A stretch of DNA of 62,673 bases, filler included, from Rhabdomonas costata (Eukaryota), in assembly GCA_019059605.1 (NCBI GenBank). It is 41 parts of 41 records of this genome, joined end to end, with 100 filler letters (N's around TTAATTAATTAA, not from the genome) between each part and the next. Parts side by side here need not be neighbours in the genome. Positions count along the whole stretch, not along the records: positions 24,512 to 25,942 come from JAHMHO010016129.1; positions 26,043 to 27,468 come from JAHMHO010016130.1; positions 27,569 to 29,002 come from JAHMHO010016131.1; positions 29,103 to 30,533 come from JAHMHO010016132.1; positions 30,634 to 32,064 come from JAHMHO010016133.1; positions 32,165 to 33,595 come from JAHMHO010016134.1; positions 33,696 to 35,126 come from JAHMHO010016135.1; positions 35,227 to 36,657 come from JAHMHO010016136.1; 33 more parts are not named here. The stretch is one strand, 5' to 3'. This document shows, one piece after another, positions 24,680-36,260 of this stretch. The notes under the pieces are model-generated. The model did not search any database. It was not told where the DNA came from and saw only the letters and a program-made list of their open reading frames with translations. The position numbers were made by a program, and so were the translations under genes. Position 1 is the stretch's first letter; each line of letters starts with the position of its first letter.

Positions 24680-25400
24680 CGTCCGGCTCCATAATGTCAA
24701 AACTGCCCGTGTCCTGGAGGAACTCCTGCAGGTGGGCCAAATCCTTAACCTGTTGTTGGTCGCAATCAGTGCCGTGGAAAGTGTTCCCCTCTTCTCTGAA
24801 AAAAACAGTAGTTTCTGAAAGAAAAAAAACTATAAAAAAGATTTAAAAATTAAGTGCTTGCGAAGGAGGAGGGGGGGGGAAAACAGCATCATTTTGCCCA
24901 AACTGAAACTGAAAAACTCCAGATAAGCTCGCTTGAGTCGTCGCACCTCCGACCCTTAATCACTGCGAGCTTGGATGAACCGTGGTGAACATAAGCACAA
25001 GCAAGCAAGCACTTCCTGGGAAGTAATAATCCTGGTAAGTCCTAGAAAATGCCCCTACGCTGGTGTGTATGCATACGATACGTTTTAAACCTTTTCATGA
25101 CACTGAGGCTCATTGCTGAAAATATTTGCACGAAAAAGTTGATCAGCTAAAAGGGAACGAACTCCAACCTCGCGGCTTTTGGTGACTCTTTGGGAGGGGT
25201 GGCCTTTGTCTAGCAACATACCAGCAAGGGATACGCACTCGAGGTTTTGGGTGCGAAGAGCGGCAATGAGGGTCTAGAGCCCTCGTCAGAGTCCTCGTAT
25301 GCAAGAGACGTCGGAGATGCTGGTACTCTGGAGCTTTCGGGGAAACTCTCCTCGGCGATCCCTGGATGCAAAAACAGAGCAGCATCGTCCTTCAGGACAC
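24680..25400 (-). CDS. Probable exons of an unknown gene
   Basis: Acidic, protein-like segments (EEGNTFHGTDCDQQQVKDLAHLQEFLQDTGSFDIMEPDE after a TTTTCAG acceptor; VLKDDAALFLHPGIAEESFPE...). Confidence 0.35.
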
Positions 25401-26041
25401 GACAGCAGAAGTTCATGAAGTTTTTGTGCAACTTTCGCTTTTTTGTCTCATTTAGTGAGCGCGACTGGAGAAGCTTCGTTTGCGCCCAACCTTGCCCTCC
25501 CATCCTCAGAAAGCAGTGCAGGGGTTGCGGCAGCGCCTCAACCGCCCCTCTTTATTTCTCCCGTTTCGTAAAGCGAGAACCAAGCCGACAAACTTGTGGA
25601 AAACGCAAAGGGGGAAATGGTAAATGCACAGATGTAAATGTAAATGCACAGTCGCCCTAATCAACTGCAAGCACGGCTCCATTCCAGAAACACAATCAGC
25701 TCAGAGAAAAATGCCTCAACACTCCCCCCCAAGCTCCACCTTTCCATTCGCGTGATCTTCATCTCAATGAGCTATCTGAATTATCTGCCTACACTCAAAA
25801 CAGCGGATAGGGTGTGAAGGAAGGATGACCGCGGGACAGAAAATAGTTCTAAAGATTTTTTAACGGGTTCTTTTTTTTTAAGAGATCACTATGGGTCGTC
25901 ACACCCCCGGCCCTTAGTCAATGCAAGCTTTTTGTTTAAAACNNNNNNNNNNNNNNNNNNNNNNNNNNNNNNNNNNNNNNNNNNNNTTAATTAATTAANN
26001 NNNNNNNNNNNNNNNNNNNNNNNNNNNNNNNNNNNNNNNNN

Positions 26042-26800
26042 NGGGGTTGTGGGCATCTTATTATCTTCTTTTTTATTAATAATTCTATTTCTTATAGCTA
26101 TATATTTTTTCTTCGATTACGAGATTGTAAACATTGATTGAAATATTAAAGAATAGTTCAATATTTTCTATTTCGTGCATGTCAATACCAAGTTACTGTT
26201 CGTGATTAATTTCTTTTTCATTTTGATTGTAATATTTGTAAATCTTTTGATATTTTAAGTTTTCATTTTCAACATTTGGGCTATAAAATTTAGCTAAACA
26301 TCGCCAAAAACATAATTTATCATCTTCTTTTGTTTGATTATTTAGTGCTGTGTAGATCATTTTTGAATTCAATAGAACATTTGGTAATTGTATCTGTGTG
26401 CCTATAGGATCATGAAGTTGATATATTTTAACAAATATTTGATAAACTCCTAATACCTTTGTTTGGCTATTTGGTCTTGCCTCTGATATTTTGCTATTAA
26501 ATTTTTTAATATCAAATAAGTGTATCTTTTCAATAAGTTTCATTAAATCAAAATAATTTCTTATTAACATTGGTTCGTTTAGTAATGATTTATCATCACA
26601 TCCATGGCCAATACTGTATACAAAATAAATAGAATATCCTCTATCGTCATCGGGCACAATAATTTCTTCAAAAACATAACCAAACGATACATTAATTTTA
26701 AATGCAAATTGTTGGGTGTTGTGTATAATTTTATTAAATTAGATTCAATATCTTCAAACGATCTTATGGTATTGAAAATATAGATGCAATATCTCTATAA
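26042..26800 (-). pseudogene. Polinton/Maverick/PLV-type protein-primed DNA polymerase B N-terminal region, degenerate, in a very AT-rich island
   Basis: QQFAFKINVSFGYVFE, PIGTQIQLPNVLLNSK, DDKLCFWRCLAK and Q*LGIDMHEIENIELFFNISINVYNL resemble pPolB N-terminal motifs. Frameshift at about 26735 and in-frame TAA at 26193. Confidence 0.75.
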
Positions 26801-27116
26801 TGTGTATATATTGTGTGTATATATTATTATATATTAAATATTATATATTATATTAAATATAATATCAAACATTTATTTTTGATAAATCAATTAGAAATTT
26901 TACACATATCATGTTTTATAATTCAAAATCGTACTAGACAAAATATTTTTGTCTGGCACGAGTTTGGCCAAAAGAAGAAAAGTTGTGAACTGCTCTCGCA
27001 GTCGCATCGCAATGCTAAAAAGTAAAAAAAGGGTGCACGAAGAAAATATGCATGCACCTTGAGAGGAAGGAGGAGTTGAGGAAGAGGGGGTGTTTGCTAG
27101 TTCCGGACTTCCCAGA

Positions 27117-27468
27117 TCAGCTACTGCTTGGTCTCTTTCCCTGTTCAGAGGGCGCGTCAGAGGACTCTTCCGGAGACTTCGATTTCTTCGCTTGAGAAGC
27201 AGCAAGGGCAGCAAGTGGTGCTGATAGCACTGCTGCTTGGTAAGCAGCTTCCGGATTCAACGAACTGTCTGGAAACGCGATGGGGACTTGGCGTTCCACA
27301 CCCACACGTTCTGGCGCCCTTGGGACCCTGCCTGAGGTTGAGTTAGGAATCACAGCAACAACTTTTTCAGGACGCTCAATATGTCCACGGCTTTTCACGC
27401 AGCAGGTGAAAAGTAGTTTTTCTAAAGGAAGCTTTAAGCTCCACGACCTCGTCGTGGACACAAACACA
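27117..27468 (-). CDS. Host-like ORF, C-terminal part of an unknown protein
   Basis: Open from the contig end to TGA at 27117, at host-like GC, ending in a low-complexity tail. Confidence 0.45.
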
Positions 27469-27755
27469 NNNNNNNNNNNNNNNNNNNNNNNNNNNNNNNN
27501 NNNNNNNNNNNNTTAATTAATTAANNNNNNNNNNNNNNNNNNNNNNNNNNNNNNNNNNNNNNNNNNNNGGGTGTTGTTACTTCTAACTTCGTCTTTTCAT
27601 GTCTCCCAGGGCCCGATAAAAGCTAACTTTTTTGTTTGCGTTTGTGGCGCTTTTTTTTAAATTAAGCCGTTTATTATGGGCACATTGACCGGTTCTGTCC
27701 TTTTTCACTTCTTGTTTTTGGAATGGAACACTTGTTTGCTCCGCGCTGCGCACAG

Positions 27756-28586
27756 CTGCACAGTGAGCCGATGCAGTGGTGGTTCGGCACCTACGTGCTG
27801 TTCTCTGCTCTATGGCTGTTTACGCTGTACTTCGTCAGCCATGAGCTGCATATAAGCGCGCTGCGAAAGGTACTGACCTACCTTCCGATGTGGCTGCTAA
27901 ACATGCTGTACCTGATGACCCCAATTCTGTCCGCTGGTGCCGTGCACGGCCGCTGTGAGGCTCTGGTGCAGCAGATCAACGATGGGGTGCCCGCGCTGGG
28001 CGGGCTTTTCGCAGACCGGCTGATGGTTAGCCTGTTTCTGCAGTACGCGGAAAAAACCAACCCGGGATTCACTGTGTTTGGGTATGTGTGCCTATGCACG
28101 AAGTCATCAGCGCTGCCTCCTGGATTTGTGAGTGCGCATCTGGCGGGTGGGAATGGTGCATATGCAGAGCTGGAAAAAGTTGGCAGGGTGAACAAAAAAG
28201 TCCCAGTTTTTTTTTTACCACACCAATACGTTATTGTTCTCCGATTTTAAACCGCTGCACTCCGCGCACGTGTAATTTGTTGCTTTCTTTTTCTGGACAT
28301 AGTTGCTGCGCCGTACTAGAGCTGCTCGTGTTCCCCTTAACGCCTTAACGACGATGATGGGTTCGAGAACGTTGTATTTGCAGTCGTGACAGACAGGCCT
28401 TGAACTGTGTGGAAGACTTGAAGGACAATGATGGAGCAGGGTTTGGTCAGTTGCATGCCTAGGCCTTTTCTGCTCACCTCGATTTCTTCGCTTTGCTGAT
28501 TTCTCCGCGACCGTAGGTACGTCGTCACTCGTAACCCGACCTACATCGCCATCGTGTTTGGGGTGTGCGAGGGGATGTTCATGTGA
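27756..28586 (+). CDS. Gustatory/odorant-receptor-like 7TM ion channel (7TMIC/GRL/DUF3537-like), last two exons (27756-28081, 28517-28586)
   Basis: Two hydrophobic helices, then AGAVHGRCEALVQQIN...LFLQYAEKTNPGFTVFG|YVVTRNPTYIAIVFGVCEGMFM*. A phase-2 GT-AG intron restores the GFTVFG(Y/F).+(T/D)R TM7 motif. Confidence 0.65.
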
Positions 28587-29692
28587 AGCGCTTTTGCACG
28601 GTTCACACTTCGCTGTGAGCGTGCTGTACTGATAGTGGGTCATGGGCGATACTCCCCTGTCTGTGTGTGTCTGGCGGGAGTCCCCAACGGCTTCCGTGGT
28701 ATAGGACCGCCTTCCGACATTTTTTGATGTCTGGGTGGCTTTGGAACAAAGTACATTGATTGTCACAGGGATGAGTTGCGATATCTCTGTCTGGCTTATC
28801 AACTCTTGATGTGTACAGCTCACAACGGTTGTCTTCAGTTGCCAGTGCCCGCTGCCACTTAGCGGGCATACGCAACTTCAGACGATGCTATTGTTCGGCC
28901 TTTCAAAGCACCCCATGAGGAACCCCCAGTCGTGCAAAACTATTTGTGACCACCCCACTCTAACCTCGACCTTGCACCCCAAGTTAAGGGGGCTCCATCA
29001 TTNNNNNNNNNNNNNNNNNNNNNNNNNNNNNNNNNNNNNNNNNNNNTTAATTAATTAANNNNNNNNNNNNNNNNNNNNNNNNNNNNNNNNNNNNNNNNNN
29101 NNTTGACAGCTATAAATTAGGGTGGTTGTTAATCGAAGAGCTAAGCCTGCCCAAGCCGTTCCAAGCACTTATGTTCCATTTTGTACGTATGCCGTATCAG
29201 TCGGAGGAAAGTTTTTAGGTCGTCTTTACTTTAAAATGTGTATAAAATTGTCATCAATTCATGCAGCCGCTAAATGGGACCCGCGCTTGGAGGCGTTGCG
29301 CACACGCCTGGGAGCGTTTTTGAATTTTTTTCTATCTTATCTGTATGGCATACGTGCGGTCTATGTGGTCCATGGACCCGCGGAGCAGACGGAGGTTACT
29401 GTTGGGTTTTGTGGTGAACCGGTACCCCGCTGCTGACAGCAGGGTAATGAGATCTCCATGTGATGGCCCAGGCGTTGTGTAGTGGACTTCTCTTGTCATC
29501 TATTTTTCACACTGAAGGGCACATCAGTGCTCGCTGTTTTCTTATTGGAAAATCTGTCAAAGGCAATCAAGGGGCGTCTAAATTAGCACTGGGCGGGATT
29601 TCCATGAGATTTCACGTATCCTTAGGCAACCCTCCAGAAAACTCTAGAGCACTAGTATCGTTTTTTTTCCGTTCAAATGGCTTTTTTCTCAG

Positions 29693-29965
29693 CTTATATG
29701 GGATGCTTCACGGATGCCTCCACGCACGTGATGTCGTACACTGCCTCTGGGGGATCCGTGTATACCCCTCCCAGTTGCGTGAACGTCTGCACCACAGCGG
29801 GGTACTCCTTCGCCGGACTAGCAGGTACCGGGACGTGCTGGTGCGGGAACACCTACAGCTCTCTTGGGCCCGCTCCGTACTGCGCCGACGCTTGCTCGGC
29901 GGACTCCTCACAAGTCTATGGGAGTACATACCTCTGCCTCCGAGTTTTCTCCGTGACCTACCTCG
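29693..29965 (+). CDS. WSC carbohydrate-binding domain encoded by one symmetric phase-1 exon
   Basis: YMGCFTD...TPPSCVNVCTTAGYSFAGL...CWCGN...CADACSAD. The exon is 273 nt with CAG and GT boundaries. Confidence 0.9.
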
Positions 29966-30633
29966 GTATTTGTATGGCGTCGTGTGCGCAGTTCTGCTCC
30001 CAAGTTCTTAGGTAGCAAACGGGCTGCTAGGAGTAAGGAAGGTTTAGAAGGAAGGGAGGTCTGCTGGGGGGTGAAGGGAGATCTTGCAGCCGCATCCCAC
30101 TTGTTGCGGATTTCTGACTTAGCAGTTGAATTAGTCGGCAGCTTCCCAGCATTGTTCTGAATCCCTACGCCGTGATTTGCCTGTGTAACAGCGTTCGACG
30201 CCCCATCCGGAAAAATATGCCGGGCCGACCGTGCTGGCATAACCCCAGCCTTGTTTCTTCGCGTCCACGTGACAGTTTTCCAAATGTGCTGCCCGCACAG
30301 TGGGGGAAGGGTGGTTTCTACCTCCTCCATCCAACACCAGCCCTCTTCTCCCAAATGTGTCGCAGTGCTAATCTCCCCAATGTAATTTTGGTGGCACGGA
30401 GACGCCCCCGCGGGTGGTAATGATAATTGGCTTAAGTGCGCCATTGTACCCACCGGAGGATAATAGTATTTTTCTTGCTTAGGGAGCCATGCACCTGCGA
30501 GGGGGTCCGGGGGTGCATGGCTCCCAAACCAACNNNNNNNNNNNNNNNNNNNNNNNNNNNNNNNNNNNNNNNNNNNNTTAATTAATTAANNNNNNNNNNN
30601 NNNNNNNNNNNNNNNNNNNNNNNNNNNNNNNNN

Positions 30634-31473
30634 GGGTTTTGTGGTCAGCCCCAGGCTGTCATCGTAGCCACGCCGGGCGCCAGGATCCGCGAGAACATGG
30701 TACGCGTCGAGGATGGACTGGAAGTACTGCGTCGCCTGCAAAGCCAAATGGGGAACTGCTATCTCGGAAGACTTGGGGCACTGAGGCATGGGGAAACACA
30801 ATTCTCCATAACAGTGGCAATTTCCCAGAGCTTGGTCCACGACACAGATGCAGAGAAGCGCGTAACAACGCCACGAAAACCTGGGAGTGGGAGAAACGGG
30901 GGTGTTTCCTTCACAAGGCATAGGGAACAGGACACAACAAACTCGGAGGATCACGGAAACCAATAGATACTCGATGATGCGCGGGATATGTTCATGTTCA
31001 TGTTCACCCCACACAAGCACGCGCAAAAGCACTGCCACACAAACCGCATATGGCATTGAACTCCGCGGGACAACGCGCGACCACCGGGATAACTAGGTCT
31101 ACCTTTTTTGGGGCCCTTTCGTCCGCACCAGGCTGAAAAGGCAAGCATTGGGAAGAGAACACCAAAAAAGACCAAAGATGGGAACTATAAAAGGCAAATC
31201 CTGGAAATTGATCACAGAGTTTTGCCACACGCTGCAGGACCCAACCTCAGGGGAGGAATTGCGGTCCGGGTGATAGGTCTTCGCCAAGGAGTGAAAGGCC
31301 CGCTTGATCTCATCCTGGGCAGCGTCCTGCGAGACCTGCAGCAGGTCGTAGTGCGTAAATCTCGTGAAGCGGGAGGAGGCCCACAAACGTTCCCCCGAGC
31401 CCCGCGGGGAAGCGGGGGGTCGCGAGGTCTTAGGCCACCAAAAGGCAGCCCTCCACAGGCAACCGCCAAACAT
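30634..31473 (-). CDS. DnaJ (J-domain) protein with probable organellar targeting peptide (exons 31473-31246, 30735 to contig end)
   Basis: [58 protein letters not shown], with the HPD motif. Confidence 0.95.
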
Positions 31474-31900
31474 TGCAAGGGAAGGAGGAAAAACTCAGAG
31501 CAAAATGTGGGCAGTGCGCGGCGCAAAAAGATACGTGTCAACGACAAACCGAAAAAGAAAAAAAAAGGCAAGAATACACTTAATCATATGAAGGTGGCTC
31601 TGTTGCCACCAAACAACCAATCCGCGATGTCCCGTCCGTATACTTCGCTTCCTCCAAGAAAACCATTTTTCTTTTGACTTAGGGACACGTTTTATAAGCA
31701 GGCAGACGTCCTCCTTTCTTATGCTTCTTCACAAGCACACATTTCTGGCGTCCTCAAACAGAAACTTGGTCCAGTAAATCCGAAGTACACCATTGCATTT
31801 CTCAACAACAACCGAACGCCACCAGCAAGACCCAACATCCTGGGAGAAAACCAGGCATCAAACTTTCATCTAAAATTACATTCGCACTAAAAGTACATCC

Positions 31901-32050
31901 TTATTTGGTGTTTGCGGCTGGAAGTTCATCGACCCACTCACGGTTCACAGCCAGCGCCTTACGGCGCGCAGCAACCACGTCTCCAGGGTTCACCTCGAGC
32001 ACCCGGGAGTACAGTGCCACGGCCTCCTCATACCGTTGTTCCTGGTGCGC
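31901..32050 (-). CDS. Final exon containing a single TPR-like repeat
   Basis: AHQEQRYEEAVALYSRVLEVNPGDVVAARRKALAVNREWVDELPAANTK* after a CAG acceptor. Confidence 0.7.
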   Translation of the reverse strand, partial: AHQEQRYEEAVALYSRVLEVNPGDVVAARRKALAVNREWVDELPAANTK

Positions 32051-32219
32051 CTGTCACCACAAACNNNNNNNNNNNNNNNNNNNNNNNNNNNNNNNNNNNN
32101 NNNNNNNNTTAATTAATTAANNNNNNNNNNNNNNNNNNNNNNNNNNNNNNNNNNNNNNNNNNNNGGTTTGTGTTCCGAACTCCACCAGTCTTCTAAAGAC
32201 GAGAAGTCTAACAAGTCAC

Positions 32220-32319
32220 CTGCGGTGGTGAAGGTCCTGAGGGGCTCGGTGGCTCGCCACAGAGCTGAGCCGCGCGATAAAACGGGGGTGGAGCACGGTA
32301 GAACGACGCGGCGCCACAT
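32220..32319 (-). CDS. First exon encoding a mitochondrial-type presequence
   Basis: MWRRVVLPCSTPVLSRGSALWRATEPLRTFTTA, preceded by a pyrimidine tract and followed by a CAG|GTGACT donor. Confidence 0.5.
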
Positions 32320-33219
32320 CGGTATGACCCAGAACGGAAGAAAAGGAAAAGGAAATGAAAGTGAAAGGAGTGTACAGAGCGAACAGTAACAGAGTCTGGA
32401 GAGCTTCAAACCGAACCAAAACGGTAGAATGTGGTTCCTTCATGGTGAACCTTTACCAGTTATGAGGCTGTGGAAGCCAGATGGAATGGACCTTGCCTGG
32501 TTGCACGATACTTCCCTGCTAAAGTGCACGAGGATGCCGCAAACGGTTATTTGTGAGTCGGTCACTTTAACGGGGAGGAGAGGATGCTTTTAGTATACGG
32601 CCAAAACGAGATCTCCGCCGCAGCCAAGCAATACATCAAACAATAGCGAAATTTGGGCGTCCAACGATGGCGTATGTGCCACACAAGATCGCCCCGGTAA
32701 TACAACCTGTGGTTGGTGTTCAAGTGAGTGCACAGCATTGGTTGCCACCTCCTGGTTATTCGTGGATTGCCCCTACCTCATCCCCCACGCCACTCAACAT
32801 TTTTTTTGGCAGCAGTGATGGAGGGCGATTCTCCTTTTCCGCCACTGTGCGCAAGAGTTGTAATGTTCCACGCATCCCATGGGTTACGGTAAGGGCGCCA
32901 AGGGTTTTGAACTGATTAGTATCCTTGTTTCCTAGTAGCCCCTGAACTGACCGAGTTTCGCAGTAGGGCGAAGTGAGCCAAACTTCGCACGTGGATGCAA
33001 GCTGCACTTCGTCCATGCGAATCCTTGTTCCCTAAATCATTCGGTTTGGTTTTGTCCCATTTCTTTTTCATTATTCAAAAAAATCCTGCCACATACCGGG
33101 ACTCCGGCACATCTCCCCCCACACATCACGACTGCAACAGAACTACTAACTGTAACTCAACGGAGGTTCGCAGGGGTTTCCAGGGAAGCGCTCATTACAG
33201 AGTACACTTCCCCTGCAGA

Positions 33220-33326
33220 TCAGTCTTTAGCTGACCGCTCCTGCTGTCTCTTCTCTTTCTTCAGCTTCTTCTTCGCAGCCAGGAACTTTTTCTTGGAGGA
33301 CTTGGGTCGGGCCTCCTCAACAACAG
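33220..33326 (-). CDS. Lys-rich final exon of an unknown protein
   Basis: VVEEARPKSSKKKFLAAKKKLKKEKRQQERSAKD* after a T-tract and CAG acceptor. Confidence 0.55.
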
Positions 33327-33695
33327 CTGTGCGCAAAAAAAACAAGTTGCGAGTTACATGTGACACAGGTGCTGAGTCCCACGAGACACTTTTCACCATT
33401 CTGCACTATAAGGGCCGTGGCGAGGGGAACTCCACTGCACGCCGCTGCAGGTTTCTCCTCTGATTCTTTTTCTTTGAACTTTTTGCCACGTTCCAACTGC
33501 CGCTAAGAACACCAAACCATCTGATCCACAAAATGAACCCACAAAACATAAATAGTTTCGGATGGCATGCAGAAAGTGAGCGGATTTCCACAAACNNNNN
33601 NNNNNNNNNNNNNNNNNNNNNNNNNNNNNNNNNNNNNNNTTAATTAATTAANNNNNNNNNNNNNNNNNNNNNNNNNNNNNNNNNNNNNNNNNNNN

Positions 33696-34332
33696 GTGTG
33701 GGATCAAGCTCTTGGAAGCAGGTGCCCCCCTTGCCATCGCGGAGAAACCTCCGCCGCAGCGGGCTGATGTGCCCCCCAGGCAGAATGAACAGGCAGCCAT
33801 TCTCCGTGGTGGCGTGCTCCAAGGCAAGCCAGAAACCGACTACGCTCACCGGTTCAGTGAACAGAAAGCTGGCGTCCTGGTGGGACCGGACCTCGCCGCC
33901 GATGTGGGGCTGCTTGAAGATGTACATGGACTGTAAAAGCAAAGGCTTCTGGATGCCTAGATCCTGGGCCATTGCGGGAAGGTTGTGCGCAGTGGAGAAC
34001 TGTCGAAACACGGGATTGAGCTCATGCAGGGCATGCCCGATCTTGTTGTTGGACAGCTTCCTGTCCTGCCGCAGTTTGCCATCTGGGGAAAAGGCATCGG
34101 GCTCGAAGAAGAAGTGAATCTTGTCCCCGGAGGATAAAAGGTAGTCATTCGAGACTCGCTCCTGGTCAACCGTGGTGAAAATGGTGCGCTGATGTGCGGC
34201 AGGATCGAACCCCTGCAGAAGGGCATCCGCTTCCTTCAAGAGCACATCGCATTCCTCTTCAGATGCGAAGTCTGGGATCACCAAGAATCCATCAGTGTGA
34301 TACAGTGAAAGCTGCTCTGATGTCAGCCGCAT
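33696..34332 (-). CDS. PHYHD1: Phytanoyl-CoA dioxygenase domain protein (PHYHD1-like Fe(II)/2OG oxygenase), 3'-truncated
   Basis: DGFLVIPDF, SGDKIHFFFE, NKIGHALH, QSMYIFKQPHIGGEVRSHQDASFL (HxD), GFWLALEHATTENGCL. Confidence 0.93.
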
Positions 34333-35333
34333 TCTGTGGAGCAATGTCCAGCTCAAAAGACACACCACGAGGGAGAGAGGGAGGCAGTCGGAGATGAACG
34401 AGCGGATGGAAGGGATAAGTTCCCAAAAACGAAACAGTGATGTCACTAAATGAAAGCGTTGCCACCAAGACAAAGCGGGAAACAACACAAATTTGCATAC
34501 TTAGCTCCACAGGATTAATCCTCTCCACAAAGGGCAAGAAAGCTGCTCACAGGCGGTTCACAGACACCCTCGTTATGTAAACAAGCCGAGCCGTTCGAAC
34601 CTAAAGGGCCTACGTTGGGAGCAGGTGGGACAACAAGGTCATCCGGGGCCGTTCCAAAGAGAACATGCTTCCCACACGTTTTCCAAGTGGCCAACTCTGT
34701 CAGAGACGCAAAAAATGGTGTTTGTCACCAGTGCACCTGCTTTCGACGCGAATCCCACGTATTCCAATCCCTACAGAGCGATCGGAAAGCGTGAATGTAA
34801 TAGATGTACAATAAACTCAGAGCTCGTACCAAAACAGCATCCACCGCAGGCGTTGCCCTTCTCCCCTTTTTGGGTTAGGGTTACCACTGAAAGTGAGGGA
34901 GCGTGAAGGTGGGCCAGACACCACCACGGCGTTGTACAACTTGCGCCAGGCTTTCTTCCGAGGGCAACGGCAAACCCGACCTACTAACAACCACTGCGGC
35001 GGGTGCTCCGCCGTCATCACCCTTCCGTTGTGCGTAACAGCCACCACTGTCACTGTCGCCAGGAGGCAGGCGTGCAGCCACGGCGACCTGGAGCCCCATC
35101 TCCCCGGCCTCGATCCCACCCCCACCNNNNNNNNNNNNNNNNNNNNNNNNNNNNNNNNNNNNNNNNNNNNTTAATTAATTAANNNNNNNNNNNNNNNNNN
35201 NNNNNNNNNNNNNNNNNNNNNNNNNNTGTTGTCGGGGTCCTGTGACCGATTTTCTTTCCAAGCCGTCCACCTTTCCTTTGCCTTTGTTGTCGCTATCCCA
35301 AAGTGCATCGTGGCATACGTTTAAACGTGAGGG

Positions 35334-36260
35334 ATGGAAACGGAGCCTGTGCTGAACCTGGAATCCTCCTTTGTAAAGTTGCCTTTGGACATATGGAGAG
35401 CATTCGTGCTCCCCTTCCTTGATGCGTGTGAACTTCACAGTCTCCTCCGGTGCAGCCGTTTCTTCAAGATCCTTGTGATCGAGAATTCTGCCTACCCATT
35501 GTACCTCTGTCTTCAATGGGCCTTCCCTGCGTTTCCGGGAGCCCTAGCCAATCTTCGATTGGTCCAAAGCAGGGTGCGGGCCACAGCCCCGAAAATTTTG
35601 GCCCAGCCGCCGCATCCGCAATGTCTAACGGACAGTCAAGAATGGGACGAGAGACCCCTCGGGATTAAACTGTGGGAGTGCCGCCGATCTGGTGCCTTTG
35701 GTGATGAGGAAATTGTCTTCTCCTTAATGCTCTCGAAGAAGCCGTTAAATCCTTTCTTGTGGAGGCTTAGCCCAGCACAGCTGCTGCAGCTCCTCCCTCC
35801 TGCATTGAACAGGCGAGCCTACCTTGTCCCCAGCGAGTTGCAGGTTGCCTTTGAAGCTCAGGTTCTGCCAAAACTGCGGGCATTGCTGGGGTACCCCACA
35901 CAGTGTGAGATTTTAGCTTGGAATAGCTATTTCTATGGTGCGGGGCCGGGCACTTGGAAAGATCATTTGCCCATGTATGGCTCTCGGGAGGACGTCATTG
36001 GTGCCAACGTCTGCCGGTCACGGAGGGGTATGTACATTCCCCCACCGGGTGAGGAAGGGCGTACTCACGAATACTTTGAAACTGAAGATAGCAGTTCTGG
36101 CAATTGTGCAGAGGACTGCAATAGTGGTCAGGGCGAGTTCGCCACGCGTTTCTTGAAGCACATCCGTTCAGGGGCTCTGGACGTCTTCATAAGCATCCAG
36201 GAACTGAGTTTACGGTTTCACTTGCACATTTGCGATGATCAGGGCCAACTTCTTACCTGA
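35334..36260 (+). CDS. Intronless 308-aa protein with an N-terminal F-box-like motif
   Basis: FVKLPLDIWRAFVLPFLDACELHSLLRCSRFFK. Complete from ATG to stop. Confidence 0.7.
   Translation: METEPVLNLESSFVKLPLDIWRAFVLPFLDACELHSLLRCSRFFKILVIENSAYPLYLCLQWAFPAFPGALANLRLVQSRVRATAPKILAQPPHPQCLTDSQEWDERPLGIKLWECRRSGAFGDEEIVFSLMLSKKPLNPFLWRLSPAQLLQLLPPALNRRAYLVPSELQVAFEAQVLPKLRALLGYPTQCEILAWNSYFYGAGPGTWKDHLPMYGSREDVIGANVCRSRRGMYIPPPGEEGRTHEYFETEDSSSGNCAEDCNSGQGEFATRFLKHIRSGALDVFISIQELSLRFHLHICDDQGQLLT

Noticed and set aside
24456-24846. ORFs with LLSAFCF / KQKAESR repeats
   Set aside because: They are translations of the GCAGAAA heptamer array, open in several frames.
26193-26195. In-frame TAA in the polymerase-like ORF as evidence for an alternative genetic code
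   Set aside because: The same ORF also has a frameshift and other genes end in TAA, so decay is the simpler explanation.
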